Counted from the stretch's first letter, positions 25,046 to 36,291 are shown. The stretch: 54,564 nucleotides of DNA from Patescibacteria group bacterium (GCA_038064595.1 JBBTSV010000002.1:1-54564); one strand, 5' to 3'. Numbers and translations: made by a program. Notes: generated by a model from the letters alone, not told the origin.

Positions 25046-25645
25046 CTATTTCACAACTTTAAATTCGCGAAAGACGCTCTCGTAGCGCGCGATGGTACGG
25101 CGCGCGAGGTCGGCCGAGAGCTCGAAGTTTGACCCTTCGTGCGCAATCTGATTGCGCACCTTGTGGGCATCCCAGGCGTCTTGGATTGAGGCGAAGGCGT
25201 GGTTGTCGAGACTCTTCAACTTCTCGCTCACACTCTCTCCGAGGTAGCCCGCCTTGGTTAGGGTCTCGTCGAGAAGGATATCAGCCTCGATAATCGCCTC
25301 GCGCCACTGGCTCGGCGTCTCTCCGGCGATCAGCTCCTGAATCTGTTCCCAGCGGGGGTGGCCGCCGCTCTCTGCGTCTGGCGCGAGGATAAGCGTGCCG
25401 TAAAATTCCTCCTCACGCTTACGGAGTTCAAAGAGGCGCACCGTGCAGTAAATAACGACGAGCAGCGCGAGAATGGAGAGGATGTATCCCACATACACTA
25501 TCCAGACCCAGAGGTGTGCGAGAAACGGCGCGAGCCAGGAGAGATTGATCCCACCCTGACACCCCTGCCCCCCATGGAGGCACTCATAGAGGAGGCGGAA
25601 AAAGTATTCAACGTTCGCTTGATTCCCTGGGACGTCACTGTTCAT
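25046..25645 (-). CDS. Hypothetical membrane-anchored protein
   Basis: A 199-aa ORF with one central TM helix and a C-terminal helical domain. No family was recognised. Confidence 0.6.
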   Translation of the reverse strand: MNSDVPGNQANVEYFFRLLYECLHGGQGCQGGINLSWLAPFLAHLWVWIVYVGYILSILALLVVIYCTVRLFELRKREEEFYGTLILAPDAESGGHPRWEQIQELIAGETPSQWREAIIEADILLDETLTKAGYLGESVSEKLKSLDNHAFASIQDAWDAHKVRNQIAHEGSNFELSADLARRTIARYESVFREFKVVK

Positions 25646-25668
25646 TCCTTTTAGTATAGTCGAAAGAC

Positions 25669-27078
25669 TTAGTCACGACGCTGTTTCTCCCCCGCTGCGG
25701 TGGCGAATTCAAAAAGAGTATCTTCTCCTTGGTGTGGCGCGGTGAAGTGAATCCCGACTGGAAGCTTCTCGACGGTCCCCATGGGTACCGAGATAGCAGG
25801 CATGCCCGTGAGGTTTGCTGTGACCGTGAAGATGTCCTCAAGGTAGAGCGAGAGCGGATCGGCTTTTGCCCCGATGGTGAAGGCCGGGGTTGGCATAGTC
25901 GGCGTCGCGATCACGTCAACCTGCTCAAAAGCTTTTTCGTAATCGGCGCGTAGCGCCGTGCGCGCAGCGTGCGCCTTGCGGTAGTAGGCATCGATATAAC
26001 CTGAAGAGAGTACAAAGGTCCCGAGCAGGATGCGACGAGTCGTCTCGCGTCCAAATCCTTCCGTGCGCGAGCGCACATAATCTTCATGCAGCGTTTCTCC
26101 ATGCGCGGAATGTCCATAGCGGATCCCGTCGTAGCGCGCGAGATTGGTCGAAACTTCAGCAAAGTTGATGATGTAGTAGGCAGCTAGGGATGGCTTGGCT
26201 GAAGGGATGCTAATCGTTTTCGTTTCGTACCCAAGCGCCACAATCGTGGCGCGAAACTGTGCGAGCATGTCAGGATCCACTCCTTCAAGTAGTTCCTCAG
26301 GGATACCGATTACGCGACGCTCGCGCTTTTGCTCCCCGTAGAGACCGGTGGGGATCGTCGTGGCATCCTTTGGATCTGGTCCCGCAATAGCCTCAAAAAG
26401 AATCCCGGCATCGGCGACCGTCTTGGTAATCGGGCCCACTTGGTCAAAAGAGGAGGCGGCAGCGATTATCCCTGATCTCGAGACTGCTCCATACGTCGGC
26501 TTCAGCCCCACCACGCCGCAGTAGCTCGCCGGATTACGCACTGAGCCACCCGTGTCAGTGCCGAGTGCGGCAATAGCGAGGTGCGCCGCGACTGCTGCTG
26601 CGGAACCGCCTGAGGTACCGCCCGCAACCCGTGAAGCATCGTGCGGGTTCTTGGTCACCCCAAAGGCCGAGTTCTCAGTCGAGCCCCCGAGTGCAAATTC
26701 GTCCATATTGGTCCGACCAAGAAAGAGTGCCCCCGCTGCGCGCAGCTTCTTAATCACGGTCGCATCGTAGGTCGCACGGTAGTTCTCGAGCATCTTTGAC
26801 GCCGCACTCGCCACCTTCCCTTCTATAAGAATATTGTCTTTGATTGCAAGCGGGATGCCGCAGAGGCGTGGGGCCGCCTCGCCCTCGGTATCAATACGCT
26901 TTTGTGCTGCCTCAATCGCCGCATGGTCGGCATCAAAAATCTCTAGATACGCATTCAATTCTGGGTTCTTCGCGTGCGCCGCCTCGGCGCACGCGTCCCA
27001 AAGATCGCGAACCGTGAGTTCGCGCGCGCGCAGAGCGCGCGCCGCCTCTTCGATCGTCATCTCGTTTGGCTTAGTCAT
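25669..27078 (-). CDS. gatA: Glu-tRNA(Gln)/Asp-tRNA(Asn) amidotransferase subunit A
   Basis: Amidase signature GGTSGGSAAAVAA. Its start overlaps the gatC stop by 8 nt. Confidence 0.95.
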   Translation of the reverse strand: MTKPNEMTIEEAARALRARELTVRDLWDACAEAAHAKNPELNAYLEIFDADHAAIEAAQKRIDTEGEAAPRLCGIPLAIKDNILIEGKVASAASKMLENYRATYDATVIKKLRAAGALFLGRTNMDEFALGGSTENSAFGVTKNPHDASRVAGGTSGGSAAAVAAHLAIAALGTDTGGSVRNPASYCGVVGLKPTYGAVSRSGIIAAASSFDQVGPITKTVADAGILFEAIAGPDPKDATTIPTGLYGEQKRERRVIGIPEELLEGVDPDMLAQFRATIVALGYETKTISIPSAKPSLAAYYIINFAEVSTNLARYDGIRYGHSAHGETLHEDYVRSRTEGFGRETTRRILLGTFVLSSGYIDAYYRKAHAARTALRADYEKAFEQVDVIATPTMPTPAFTIGAKADPLSLYLEDIFTVTANLTGMPAISVPMGTVEKLPVGIHFTAPHQGEDTLFEFATAAGEKQRRD

Positions 27079-27370
27079 GAGAGATGATCTGCTTCACCGA
27101 AAGTGCGTCACCCTTTCGCGCCGAGAATTGCTCGACGATTTTCTCGGTATACTGCCCAGCCTCATGGGGCTTCTCATCGGGACGCATTACGTTACGTAGT
27201 GGCGGCTTCTCGTCAGCAACCTGCGCGAGCTCAAGCTGCTCTAGCTGTCCAACATACGCAATTATCGCATCAAATTCCTGCGTAAACTGCTCGAGCTCGG
27301 CCTCGGGCACGGTAATCCGCGCCAAGGCTGCGAGCTTCTTCACCTCATCAGTCGTTGCCATATTAATCAC
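27071..27370 (-). CDS. gatC: Glu-tRNA(Gln)/Asp-tRNA(Asn) amidotransferase subunit C
   Basis: A 99-aa protein with VKKLAALARI...LRNVMRPD, typical of GatC, lying directly upstream of gatA. Confidence 0.85.
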   Translation of the reverse strand: MINMATTDEVKKLAALARITVPEAELEQFTQEFDAIIAYVGQLEQLELAQVADEKPPLRNVMRPDEKPHEAGQYTEKIVEQFSARKGDALSVKQIISHD

Positions 27371-27451
27371 TCTACCACGGCACCAAAAAGCTTACATTGT
27401 CTTGACTGTTTTTCACTTTTCTACCTCTTATCGCTTTTGGTGCGTGGCACG

Positions 27452-29461
<2,010 letters not shown>

Positions 29462-29469
29462 TCAGCGGG

Positions 29470-29973
29470 CTAATAGTACGCCCAGATGCCCCGCGAGATG
29501 TAGCGTGCGGCGCCCGGACTCGCCACGGTCGCGCACGAGGCGTTATATCCTTGGACGTATATCTCGGTCGCGCCAGTCGTGTGCTTATAGACCGTCACGT
29601 CTGCGCACGTTTTTGTGGAGAGTCTAATGCGCTGAATGTCGATAAGTTGACTCCCCGGAGTATACGTATAGCCGCTCAACCGCGTTGTGAAATTGCCCGC
29701 CTCATCGCACGTGACTGATGTGATGAGGAGGGGGGGATTGCTCTGGTCGTGTGACGCGAGATCAAAGAGGTTTGCCCTCTGGTCGGCGTAGAGTGCGCAC
29801 TCGAGCGCCGAGTCAGCAGCATAAAAAGCGTACTGCGACTGAATAGCGTCAGAGGCGAGCACCTGCTGTTTATACGCGAGGGAGCCGAGCGCGAGGCCAA
29901 AGGAGAGCATCACCGACATCACGATGAGGGCGATGAGGAGCGCGAACCCTTTTTTGTACGTCGTTATTGCCAT
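29470..29973 (-). CDS. Pilus-associated minor component (PilX-like N-terminal hydrophobic segment)
   Basis: The N-terminus is MAITTYKKGFALLIALIVMSVML. The start was set at ATG 29973, overlapping the upstream gene by 10 nt. Confidence 0.55.
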   Translation of the reverse strand: MAITTYKKGFALLIALIVMSVMLSFGLALGSLAYKQQVLASDAIQSQYAFYAADSALECALYADQRANLFDLASHDQSNPPLLITSVTCDEAGNFTTRLSGYTYTPGSQLIDIQRIRLSTKTCADVTVYKHTTGATEIYVQGYNASCATVASPGAARYISRGIWAYY

Positions 29974-30524
29974 GGTGTGAGGTGGAGCGTCGCCGCTATA
30001 GAGAAATCGGTACCGTGATAGTTCCACGAAACGGTGGAGACCACCTTGAGATCGGTCGGCGAGACGTCAAACGCTTGAATGGTCCGTGTGTAGGGCTGCT
30101 TCACCCAGCCGCTCGTGCTCTGCTGGCTGTAGATCCCGGTCGTCGAGTGTAGATAGAGCGTCTGGCAAGTACCCACGCACTTGGAGAGTGTCGCACCACT
30201 CGCGATGGGGTCGACCGTGCAGATATTGGGCGATATGCAGTCTTTAATCGAGTTGACGTCAGTGAGCGGGTCGTTGGTTTTGAATCTGGTCCACGCGGTA
30301 TCTGAAATGTTCGTCCCTCTGGCCTGATACGCCGCGAGGTACTCGTTGTCGCGCAGCCGGCGCACCTGCTCGATGCCCTCCTGCGCGAGCGAGGAGGCGG
30401 TGAGCTGCATACTCGACGTCTGTGCGGCGATGATACTCCGATTGGCGGTGAAGAGGGGCGCTGTGATCGCGATAGCGATGATGCTGGTCGCTACGAGGGT
30501 CTCAACAAGGGTGAAGGCTTTCAT
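29964..30524 (-). CDS. Minor pilin-like protein with a prepilin-type N-terminal helix
   Basis: The N-terminus is MKAFTLVETLVATSIIAIAI. The gene lies in the pilin operon. Confidence 0.65.
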   Translation of the reverse strand: MKAFTLVETLVATSIIAIAITAPLFTANRSIIAAQTSSMQLTASSLAQEGIEQVRRLRDNEYLAAYQARGTNISDTAWTRFKTNDPLTDVNSIKDCISPNICTVDPIASGATLSKCVGTCQTLYLHSTTGIYSQQSTSGWVKQPYTRTIQAFDVSPTDLKVVSTVSWNYHGTDFSIAATLHLTPWQ

Positions 30525-30525
30525 A

Positions 30526-31977
30526 TCAATAGGTAATCACCACAAGTCCACGACTCCCTGCTGCGCCCGGCGTTGCAGTTGAGACTCCGCCATTACCGCC
30601 CTTGCCGGCAATACCGTCATAGTCACCGTCAGACGCCCCTCCAGGTGTGAGCTGACCACTCCCGGCTGAACACGAACCAGAAGAGTAGTAGCAAGACCCG
30701 CCGCCGCCGCCGCCGCCACTTGCGTTGGAACCGGGCGCGCCGCCGCCGCCGCCGCCATAGTATCCCGCGCCGCCGCCGCCGCCGCCGCCTCTACTGCTAT
30801 CAGTATCGACTGAGCCGCCTGTCCCGCCGCCGTTGATTCCCCCTGCTCCGGGCGTACCACCCCAAGGACCAGAGGGATCTCTTCCACCATTTCCTCCTGA
30901 AAGAGGACTCCCATTTGAACCTGTTCCTCCTGTAGCAAAGCCTGCAACACCACCCGCGCTCGATGTTCCGCCGCCGCCGCCAGTAGCAGCGCCTGAGCTC
31001 CCTCCAACAACTCCAGTAGTGCCACCCCCCGGACCTCCTGCACCAGCATTAACACCCCCTGCTGCGACAGATGTATTATCTCCGCCACCTCCGCCACCTC
31101 CGCCAGCAGCGATGACCAAGTCAACTCCCGCAAGCTTGACGCCAGAGTAGCCGCCGCCGCCGCCGCCTGCTCCAGATGCAGGACCTGCTAGGTATAAACC
31201 TCCTCCTCCGCCACCGCCGACAAATATATCAAACTTTTGTCCCGGAGTTACTAAAAGCGTGGCAGTGGTGTACCCTCCGGCGCCACCAGCGCCACCAACC
31301 GTTCCCGACCCGCCGCCGCCGCCGCCGCCGCCAGCACCCCACGCTTCGACGGTGATCGAGGTGACTCCTGTCGGTACTTCCCAGCCAGCGCTACTCGCCA
31401 CGAGACTATTACTGGTAAACACGACCGTGGTGGGGGCTGCCACCACCACAGTGCCGATGTCCGAGCCGCGCATGCTCGCCCCGGTCTGGATGCTAAATGA
31501 CTTAGACGTCGCTGGGCCCACCATCACCTTCCCCTTCACCACCACGGTGACATGGGGCTGGGCATAGTCTGACGCGCCTACCGCCCGAGTTCCGTTGACA
31601 TAAAACGTGAGCGAGTCAACCGTCACGGTGGAGGTGTCGGTGAGTGGGGTGCCGTTTTGGGTGATCGCCCCGCTATTGAGTGTGTAGGTTACATCGACAC
31701 CGTTTGCATTGGTGACTTTAAAGGTAGTATTCCCGCCCGGACAGTCGTTGGCGCCAGCGCAGCTAAAACTCTTCCCGGTACGGATCGTCCGCGCCATCGT
31801 CTCTATAGCAAAGGAGAGGTTATTGATTCCTCCTGTCGTCGACTGTGCCTGCCGATTGAGATTAATTATCACAAGGTAGGCTCCCGACGCAAGAAGCACG
31901 ATAATAGAAAAGAGTCCCACCGAGACAATGAGCTCAACAAGGGTAAAGCCTCGTGTGTGGCGGGGGGTTATGGGCAT
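30526..31977 (-). CDS. Pilin-like protein fused to a large glycine-rich C-terminal domain
   Basis: The prepilin motif RGFTLVELIVSVGLFSIIVLL is followed by a pilin-like body. A region of about 300 aa then carries poly-Gly tracts, starting ITVEAWGAGGGGGGGG...GYTTATLLVTPGQKFDIFVGGGGGGG and ending GLVVITY. The start was set at ATG 31977. Confidence 0.75.
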   Translation of the reverse strand: MPITPRHTRGFTLVELIVSVGLFSIIVLLASGAYLVIINLNRQAQSTTGGINNLSFAIETMARTIRTGKSFSCAGANDCPGGNTTFKVTNANGVDVTYTLNSGAITQNGTPLTDTSTVTVDSLTFYVNGTRAVGASDYAQPHVTVVVKGKVMVGPATSKSFSIQTGASMRGSDIGTVVVAAPTTVVFTSNSLVASSAGWEVPTGVTSITVEAWGAGGGGGGGGSGTVGGAGGAGGYTTATLLVTPGQKFDIFVGGGGGGGLYLAGPASGAGGGGGGYSGVKLAGVDLVIAAGGGGGGGGDNTSVAAGGVNAGAGGPGGGTTGVVGGSSGAATGGGGGTSSAGGVAGFATGGTGSNGSPLSGGNGGRDPSGPWGGTPGAGGINGGGTGGSVDTDSSRGGGGGGGAGYYGGGGGGAPGSNASGGGGGGGSCYYSSGSCSAGSGQLTPGGASDGDYDGIAGKGGNGGVSTATPGAAGSRGLVVITY

Positions 31978-32576
31978 GATGAAGCAGTGGCGGTGATAAG
32001 CCCTGAAGGGCCGACCGACACATAGCGCGAAACACCCTGTGGTGAGGTCACGGTGAGACATGCCGACGCAGCGGCATTACCGTTGACAAAGGTGTCGGCA
32101 TTGGGGCGCACAAAGGCTATGTCGAGTGCCTCGAGTGACCCGTCTGAACAATTTCCGCCAATGACGCAGAACTTGGAGACCGAGATGCCGTTCCCGAGCG
32201 TATAGGTCTGGACCAGGGTGTCGGAGTCGCTCGTATAGAGACGGTCTCCTGATGTACAAGCGGGCGTTTGACCCGTACACGACGCACCTCCGATGTCGTG
32301 GGTATCGGCAAATACCTTGATCGTTTTGGGCGCTGCCTTGTCGAAGCGAACCCCATACCCCACGTTCGGGCTCGCCCCAACCGCTCGGGTCCCGAGCCCG
32401 AGGCTCTGGGTCGACCGTATCGTGAGCGCGATATCGTAGGCAGTGTTGGAGAGGATGAGCGTCTTGTTGAAGGTGCTCTGATTGACGAGCGCGACAGCGG
32501 TGATGAGCCCGATGATTGCGAGCACCACCAAGAGCTCGATTACGGTATAGCCACGACGAAGATGAAGGGGTTCCAT
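31968..32576 (-). CDS. Minor pilin-like protein
   Basis: Prepilin motif RRGYTVIELLVVLAIIGLITAVAL. Confidence 0.7.
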   Translation of the reverse strand: MEPLHLRRGYTVIELLVVLAIIGLITAVALVNQSTFNKTLILSNTAYDIALTIRSTQSLGLGTRAVGASPNVGYGVRFDKAAPKTIKVFADTHDIGGASCTGQTPACTSGDRLYTSDSDTLVQTYTLGNGISVSKFCVIGGNCSDGSLEALDIAFVRPNADTFVNGNAAASACLTVTSPQGVSRYVSVGPSGLITATASSCP

Positions 32577-33304
32577 TGGGTAAAGTACGCAAGGAGGAAT
32601 CCAGCCGCCAGATAGGGAGCGAAGGGTACCTCAACGTTCATTCTAGACCCTCGTGGCCTCCTCGCCAACAGCGCTATCCCATGTATCGCTCCGATCCAAA
32701 ATGAAAAAATAAATCCCGGGAGTGCCGCACTCCCTACCAGGAGCGCACACCCAAAGGCGAGCGGCGCATCAGCAAAGCCCATCGCTCTCCCCCGCGAGAA
32801 ATAGTGGATACTCGCGAGAAAGAGAGCACAGAGAAATGCGACCATGAGCGACCCGTACCACTCCTCGAGTGTGGGTACACGCATAAAACCTGAGAGTGCA
32901 GCACACGCGATAAACGGGACAAGGAGCGCCGGGGGGAGGATCTGGTGGGCGAGATCATAAAGCACGAGCGCAAGCAGTAGAGAAAGCGAGAGAAGAAAGA
33001 GGGGGAGAGCACTGACTGCTCCGAGTGTATGGTAAGCAAGAACAAAGAGAACACCGAGAAGGAGCTCGGTGAGGGGTGCCGCGGCACTGATGCGCGCGCC
33101 GCAGCACGTAGCGCGGCCGCGCGCGGCGAGGTAGGAGAGAACTGGGACGAGGGAGAGGGGTGCAAGCGGCTTCCCGCACGCGTCGCAGAAAGAGCGGCCG
33201 CGCAGGATGCTCTGGCCTGTAAAGAGGCGCGCAACAACGACCCCGATAAAGCTCGCGATAATCGCTCCGAGAACAAACAAGAGCGCCCCGATAAAAACGT
33301 CCAT
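32540..33304 (-). CDS. pilD: Prepilin peptidase (A24 family)
   Basis: A polytopic membrane protein with the Cys-rich loop RSFCDACGKPL...TCCGARIS typical of PilD/type 4 prepilin peptidases. The start was set at ATG 33304. Confidence 0.85.
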   Translation of the reverse strand: MDVFIGALLFVLGAIIASFIGVVVARLFTGQSILRGRSFCDACGKPLAPLSLVPVLSYLAARGRATCCGARISAAAPLTELLLGVLFVLAYHTLGAVSALPLFLLSLSLLLALVLYDLAHQILPPALLVPFIACAALSGFMRVPTLEEWYGSLMVAFLCALFLASIHYFSRGRAMGFADAPLAFGCALLVGSAALPGFIFSFWIGAIHGIALLARRPRGSRMNVEVPFAPYLAAGFLLAYFTQWNPFIFVVAIP

Positions 33305-33333
33305 CGCCTCATGATACCAGAAAAAAAGTGAGG

Positions 33334-33834
33334 TTAGTTGAGACTGACGCACTCTCCGCACGACACGCCCGTGAGCGCATTACTGTTGACACCGCAGTGG
33401 TTGGGCGCATGGTCAATGCACCAGTAGGTCGTCGCCGGCTCAGCATTTACCGGACGGCCTACCACCACCGCATAGTCGGCATCATTGGAGAGACAGAGAG
33501 CAGAGCCGCCCGCAGAGTCCTTCACCGCTGAAGCGATAGCGTTCTGCACCGTGATGTCGTGGAAGAGGGTGGTGCCGCTATCACCCGGGAGCGGGCATGC
33601 TGCCGGATTGCCGCCACCGTCATCAAAGACCCCAAACAACCCGTCGTTGTTGGACGCAAAGATTGCGGCCTGCGATTCAACACTACTGAGATTTGACTTC
33701 ACGCCGGCGTCACTCCCCTTTGCGCGGGCAGAGTTGAGCGATGCGAGCACCACCGCAGAGAGGATCCCAATGATGGCGATCACGACCAAGAGTTCGATCA
33801 GTGTGAACCCTCGTGAGCGTTGTGTGGTGATCAT
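33334..33834 (-). CDS. Type IV pilin, paralog 1
   Basis: MITTQRSRG|FTLIELLVVIAIIGILSAVVLASL, with a C-terminal Cys pair (WCIDHAPNHCG...CGEC). Confidence 0.85.
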   Translation of the reverse strand: MITTQRSRGFTLIELLVVIAIIGILSAVVLASLNSARAKGSDAGVKSNLSSVESQAAIFASNNDGLFGVFDDGGGNPAACPLPGDSGTTLFHDITVQNAIASAVKDSAGGSALCLSNDADYAVVVGRPVNAEPATTYWCIDHAPNHCGVNSNALTGVSCGECVSLN

Positions 33835-33856
33835 GGCTAAGAATTAAGCGGATAAG

Positions 33857-34372
33857 TTATGAGTCAGGGCACTTAAACGCACCGTTTATAGGACCCGAAC
33901 GGAGACCAGAGAAGCCACGCGAATCGATGCACCAGACTTTTGCCGACGATGCCATCTTCACCTGTATTGCATACGCTTGTGCAGTTGTGTACCCAGACAA
34001 GTCACTATTGCACTCCATCTCACTTGAGCCAACGATCTTTGCCACATTAGCGAGTGCGATTTGGATCGTGGGATCCATGAACACCGTCGCGGCGTTTAGT
34101 GAGGAACAAGCTCCTGTTGCCGATACGGGGCCGTATGACTTTTTATATCCTGGGTTGGTATTGGTGTCGAAGAATACCTCTGCCTGCACCTGCACGGTCG
34201 CCAAGTTGGCCTCGATCGCGGCGTCAGCACTCTGGAGCTGGGCGGTGCGCACCGACACGAGCACTACCGCAGAGAGGGTACCGATGATGGCAACAGTGAC
34301 AAGAAGCTCAATATAGGTGAATCCTCTCTTCCCATTCTGTCTCTGCAGACAACTAGCCACACTGTGTGTCAT
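33857..34372 (-). CDS. Type IV pilin, paralog 2
   Basis: NGKRG|FTYIELLVTVAIIGTLSAVVL, with a C-terminal WCIDSRG...FKCP. The start was placed at ATG 34372 because the longer track ORF runs through the neighbouring pilin gene. Confidence 0.7.
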   Translation of the reverse strand: MTHSVASCLQRQNGKRGFTYIELLVTVAIIGTLSAVVLVSVRTAQLQSADAAIEANLATVQVQAEVFFDTNTNPGYKKSYGPVSATGACSSLNAATVFMDPTIQIALANVAKIVGSSEMECNSDLSGYTTAQAYAIQVKMASSAKVWCIDSRGFSGLRSGPINGAFKCPDS

Positions 34373-34841
34373 TCGCGGAGAGCGATGAGCCACTCGTCGT
34401 CGTTGCATTGCCTGTTGAGTCTGTGCAGAACATCGGGTTTGCCGGTGGGCCGTTATCAAGCGGCGCCTCAGCAGCCCAGCCGGTTGCGGTCGCATGGCAT
34501 GTAACGGTGGTGTTTGAGCCTGCAGTGCCGATTGCGGTATTGACTGCTGTGCTGATTCCTGCCGACCTCCTCGCGCCTTCGACCTGCGCGTTAATCGACT
34601 TTGCACCGTTGGGAGCTGCGGCAACGTCACAGACACCAGAATAGCTGGCACCATTCCCGAGGAAGAAGAGCTCTGCCTGTTCGCGCGGGCCCACAAGATT
34701 TGCCTTCACTGCCGCATCGCTCCCCTTCCCCCGTGAGGTGTTGAGGGCGGCCAAGACCACCGCAGAGAGCACTCCGATGATGGCGATAACCACCAAGAGC
34801 TCGATGAGGGTGAAGCCGCGGCTTATTTTCATATCAACCAT
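34353..34841 (-). CDS. Type IV pilin, paralog 3
   Basis: MKISRG|FTLIELLVVIAIIGVLSAVVLAAL, with a C-terminal FCTDSTG...TQCG. An alternative ATG lies at 34832. Confidence 0.85.
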   Translation of the reverse strand: MVDMKISRGFTLIELLVVIAIIGVLSAVVLAALNTSRGKGSDAAVKANLVGPREQAELFFLGNGASYSGVCDVAAAPNGAKSINAQVEGARRSAGISTAVNTAIGTAGSNTTVTCHATATGWAAEAPLDNGPPANPMFCTDSTGNATTTSGSSLSANDTQCG

Positions 34842-34900
34842 ACATTACTTGATAACACCCTCAAGTCTCTGCAAGAGAGCTGTGGGAGGGCAGCGATTGA

Positions 34901-35407
34901 CTACGTTGATGGACACTGGGTATTGTTGCCGAGAGCTGTTGTGCGACCACCAGAAAAACCGGTAGAGTCAACACACCAGTAGCTCGTTGCATTGCTTGCA
35001 AGAGGAGAGGAAACTGCGTACTGAGTGCCGTTAGCAGCCATGTTACAGACTACGACCGAGTTCGTTGTGTTTGCAATGTCAGCAGCTATAAGAGCATTCT
35101 TAATATTTGTATCCGACCCAAACATTGTGGGCAACGCTGTGCCGGCGATACAACTATTCCCCGTTGCAGCAGTACCTGTCACGTTGAGGACGGTGGCGCC
35201 ATTGCCTCCATATGCGTTGTTCCACGTACCGTAATAGATCTCTGCCTGGGTCTGGATGGTCGAGAGGTCAGACTGGATGGCGGCGTCATTGCCCTTCGAG
35301 CGAGCCGTGTTGAGCGAGGCGAGCACGACCGCTGAGAGGATACCGATAATTGCGATAACGACGAGAAGTTCGATGAGTGTGAATCCTTGGAAACGATTTT
35401 TTTGCAT
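34901..35407 (-). CDS. Type IV pilin, paralog 4
   Basis: MQKNRFQG|FTLIELLVVIAIIGILSAVVLASL, with a C-terminal WCVDSTG...TQCP. The start was set at ATG 35407. Confidence 0.85.
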   Translation of the reverse strand: MQKNRFQGFTLIELLVVIAIIGILSAVVLASLNTARSKGNDAAIQSDLSTIQTQAEIYYGTWNNAYGGNGATVLNVTGTAATGNSCIAGTALPTMFGSDTNIKNALIAADIANTTNSVVVCNMAANGTQYAVSSPLASNATSYWCVDSTGFSGGRTTALGNNTQCPST

Positions 35408-35508
35408 AATAATTACTATGTGGCTAATAGACGCATTGTACACCCTCCCCTCCTGCGTGAGTGCACACTACCCTCCATCTGTGGATAAGGCTCGCTAAAA
35501 ACCGGGCA

Positions 35509-35531
35509 TGATGGACACTACGTGTCCATCA
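35509..35531. repeat. REP-like palindrome flanking the RAYT gene on its 3' side
   Basis: TGATGGACAC-TAC-GTGTCCATCA, a 10-bp stem. The RAYT stop codon lies inside it. Confidence 0.9.
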
Positions 35532-36222
35532 CATTGGCTTCATTGAGCTGATCAAGTCGATAGAGCATGGATTCTCGCGCGAATTCTTTAAAAGATTCTG
35601 GGGTTTCAAATAACTCTCCGAGCAAGTCGGGGCTAATGATGGGAGTCGCGCGCGCCCCTGCATATACCCCCAAGCTGTTGAGTGGGTCATTGATCGCCTT
35701 TTCATAAGCATCATCAAACTGCTCAATGGCGAGGCGCAGTCCTCCAGGAAATAGTTCAAAGGGATTCTTCACCATTACGTACACTGCAAGATTTTTAAAA
35801 TCAGCGTCACTCTCAACCAGGCGCGACTTAAACGTTCCTTGAAACAAACTGCCGCTCTCGTCATACTTTTCGTTAATATATTTTGAATACGCCATACTCA
35901 CCTTATGCATGAATTTACTCACTCCCCCTTCAACAACCTCTTTGAGCATGAGGTGCACGTGATTGGGCATAATACTGAAACCGAGAACAGCAACGATAGG
36001 CTCCTGCTCCTTCCATGTCTCGGGCCAGTGAGGATGCGTCGCATACCCTTTTCCCTCAATTTCGCGCGTCCAGTTGTCGGGCATGCGATCGGTATGATTA
36101 AAATAATAGAGATTGAGGAGCAAACGCAATAAGTCTTCCTTTTCACGATAGATGGGAAGTTTCTTTACTCCTCGATTATAGACGTGTACATATGAGCCGA
36201 CGCCGAAGGGTTCTCGTGCCAT
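35518..36222 (-). CDS. REP-associated tyrosine transposase (RAYT; IS200/IS605 Y1 HUH family)
   Basis: HUH motif IMPNHVHLML. The C-terminal block GSLFQGTFKSRLVESDADFKNLAVYVMVKNP contains the candidate catalytic Tyr. The gene is flanked by identical palindromes. Confidence 0.85.
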   Translation of the reverse strand: MAREPFGVGSYVHVYNRGVKKLPIYREKEDLLRLLLNLYYFNHTDRMPDNWTREIEGKGYATHPHWPETWKEQEPIVAVLGFSIMPNHVHLMLKEVVEGGVSKFMHKVSMAYSKYINEKYDESGSLFQGTFKSRLVESDADFKNLAVYVMVKNPFELFPGGLRLAIEQFDDAYEKAINDPLNSLGVYAGARATPIISPDLLGELFETPESFKEFARESMLYRLDQLNEANVMDT

Positions 36223-36239
36223 TTCACCCTATATTCCCT

Positions 36240-36262
36240 TGATGGACACTACGTGTCCATCA
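36240..36262. repeat. REP-like palindrome flanking the RAYT gene on its 5' side
   Basis: Identical to 35509..35531 and in the same orientation. Confidence 0.9.
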
Positions 36263-36291
36263 TTTAGATGTGGATTACGGAACGATCTTGA

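Noticed and set aside
30690-31335. Repetitive GCC/GGC tracts that might be a CRISPR array or a non-coding tandem repeat
   Set aside because: There is no regular repeat-spacer periodicity. The tracts are in frame within a long ORF and translate to poly-Gly segments of the pilin-fusion protein. The opposite-strand ORFs (30833..31150 and 31259..31567, both poly-Pro) and the alternative-frame ORF (30537..31133, poly-Ala) are frame artefacts.
32077-33312. Alternative-frame ORFs 32077..32634, 32117..32380, 32734..33312 and 32955..33179
   Set aside because: They overlap the minor pilin and pilD genes in other frames and encode Arg/Ser-rich low-complexity sequence. The annotated frames carry clear family motifs.
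34373-34696. A long N-terminal extension of pilin paralog 2 (track ORF 33857..34696, 279 aa)
   Set aside because: The extension is Arg/Gln-rich low complexity and overlaps the C-terminal coding region of the neighbouring pilin (34353..34841) in another frame. The prepilin motif GFTYIELL begins just after the internal ATG at 34372.
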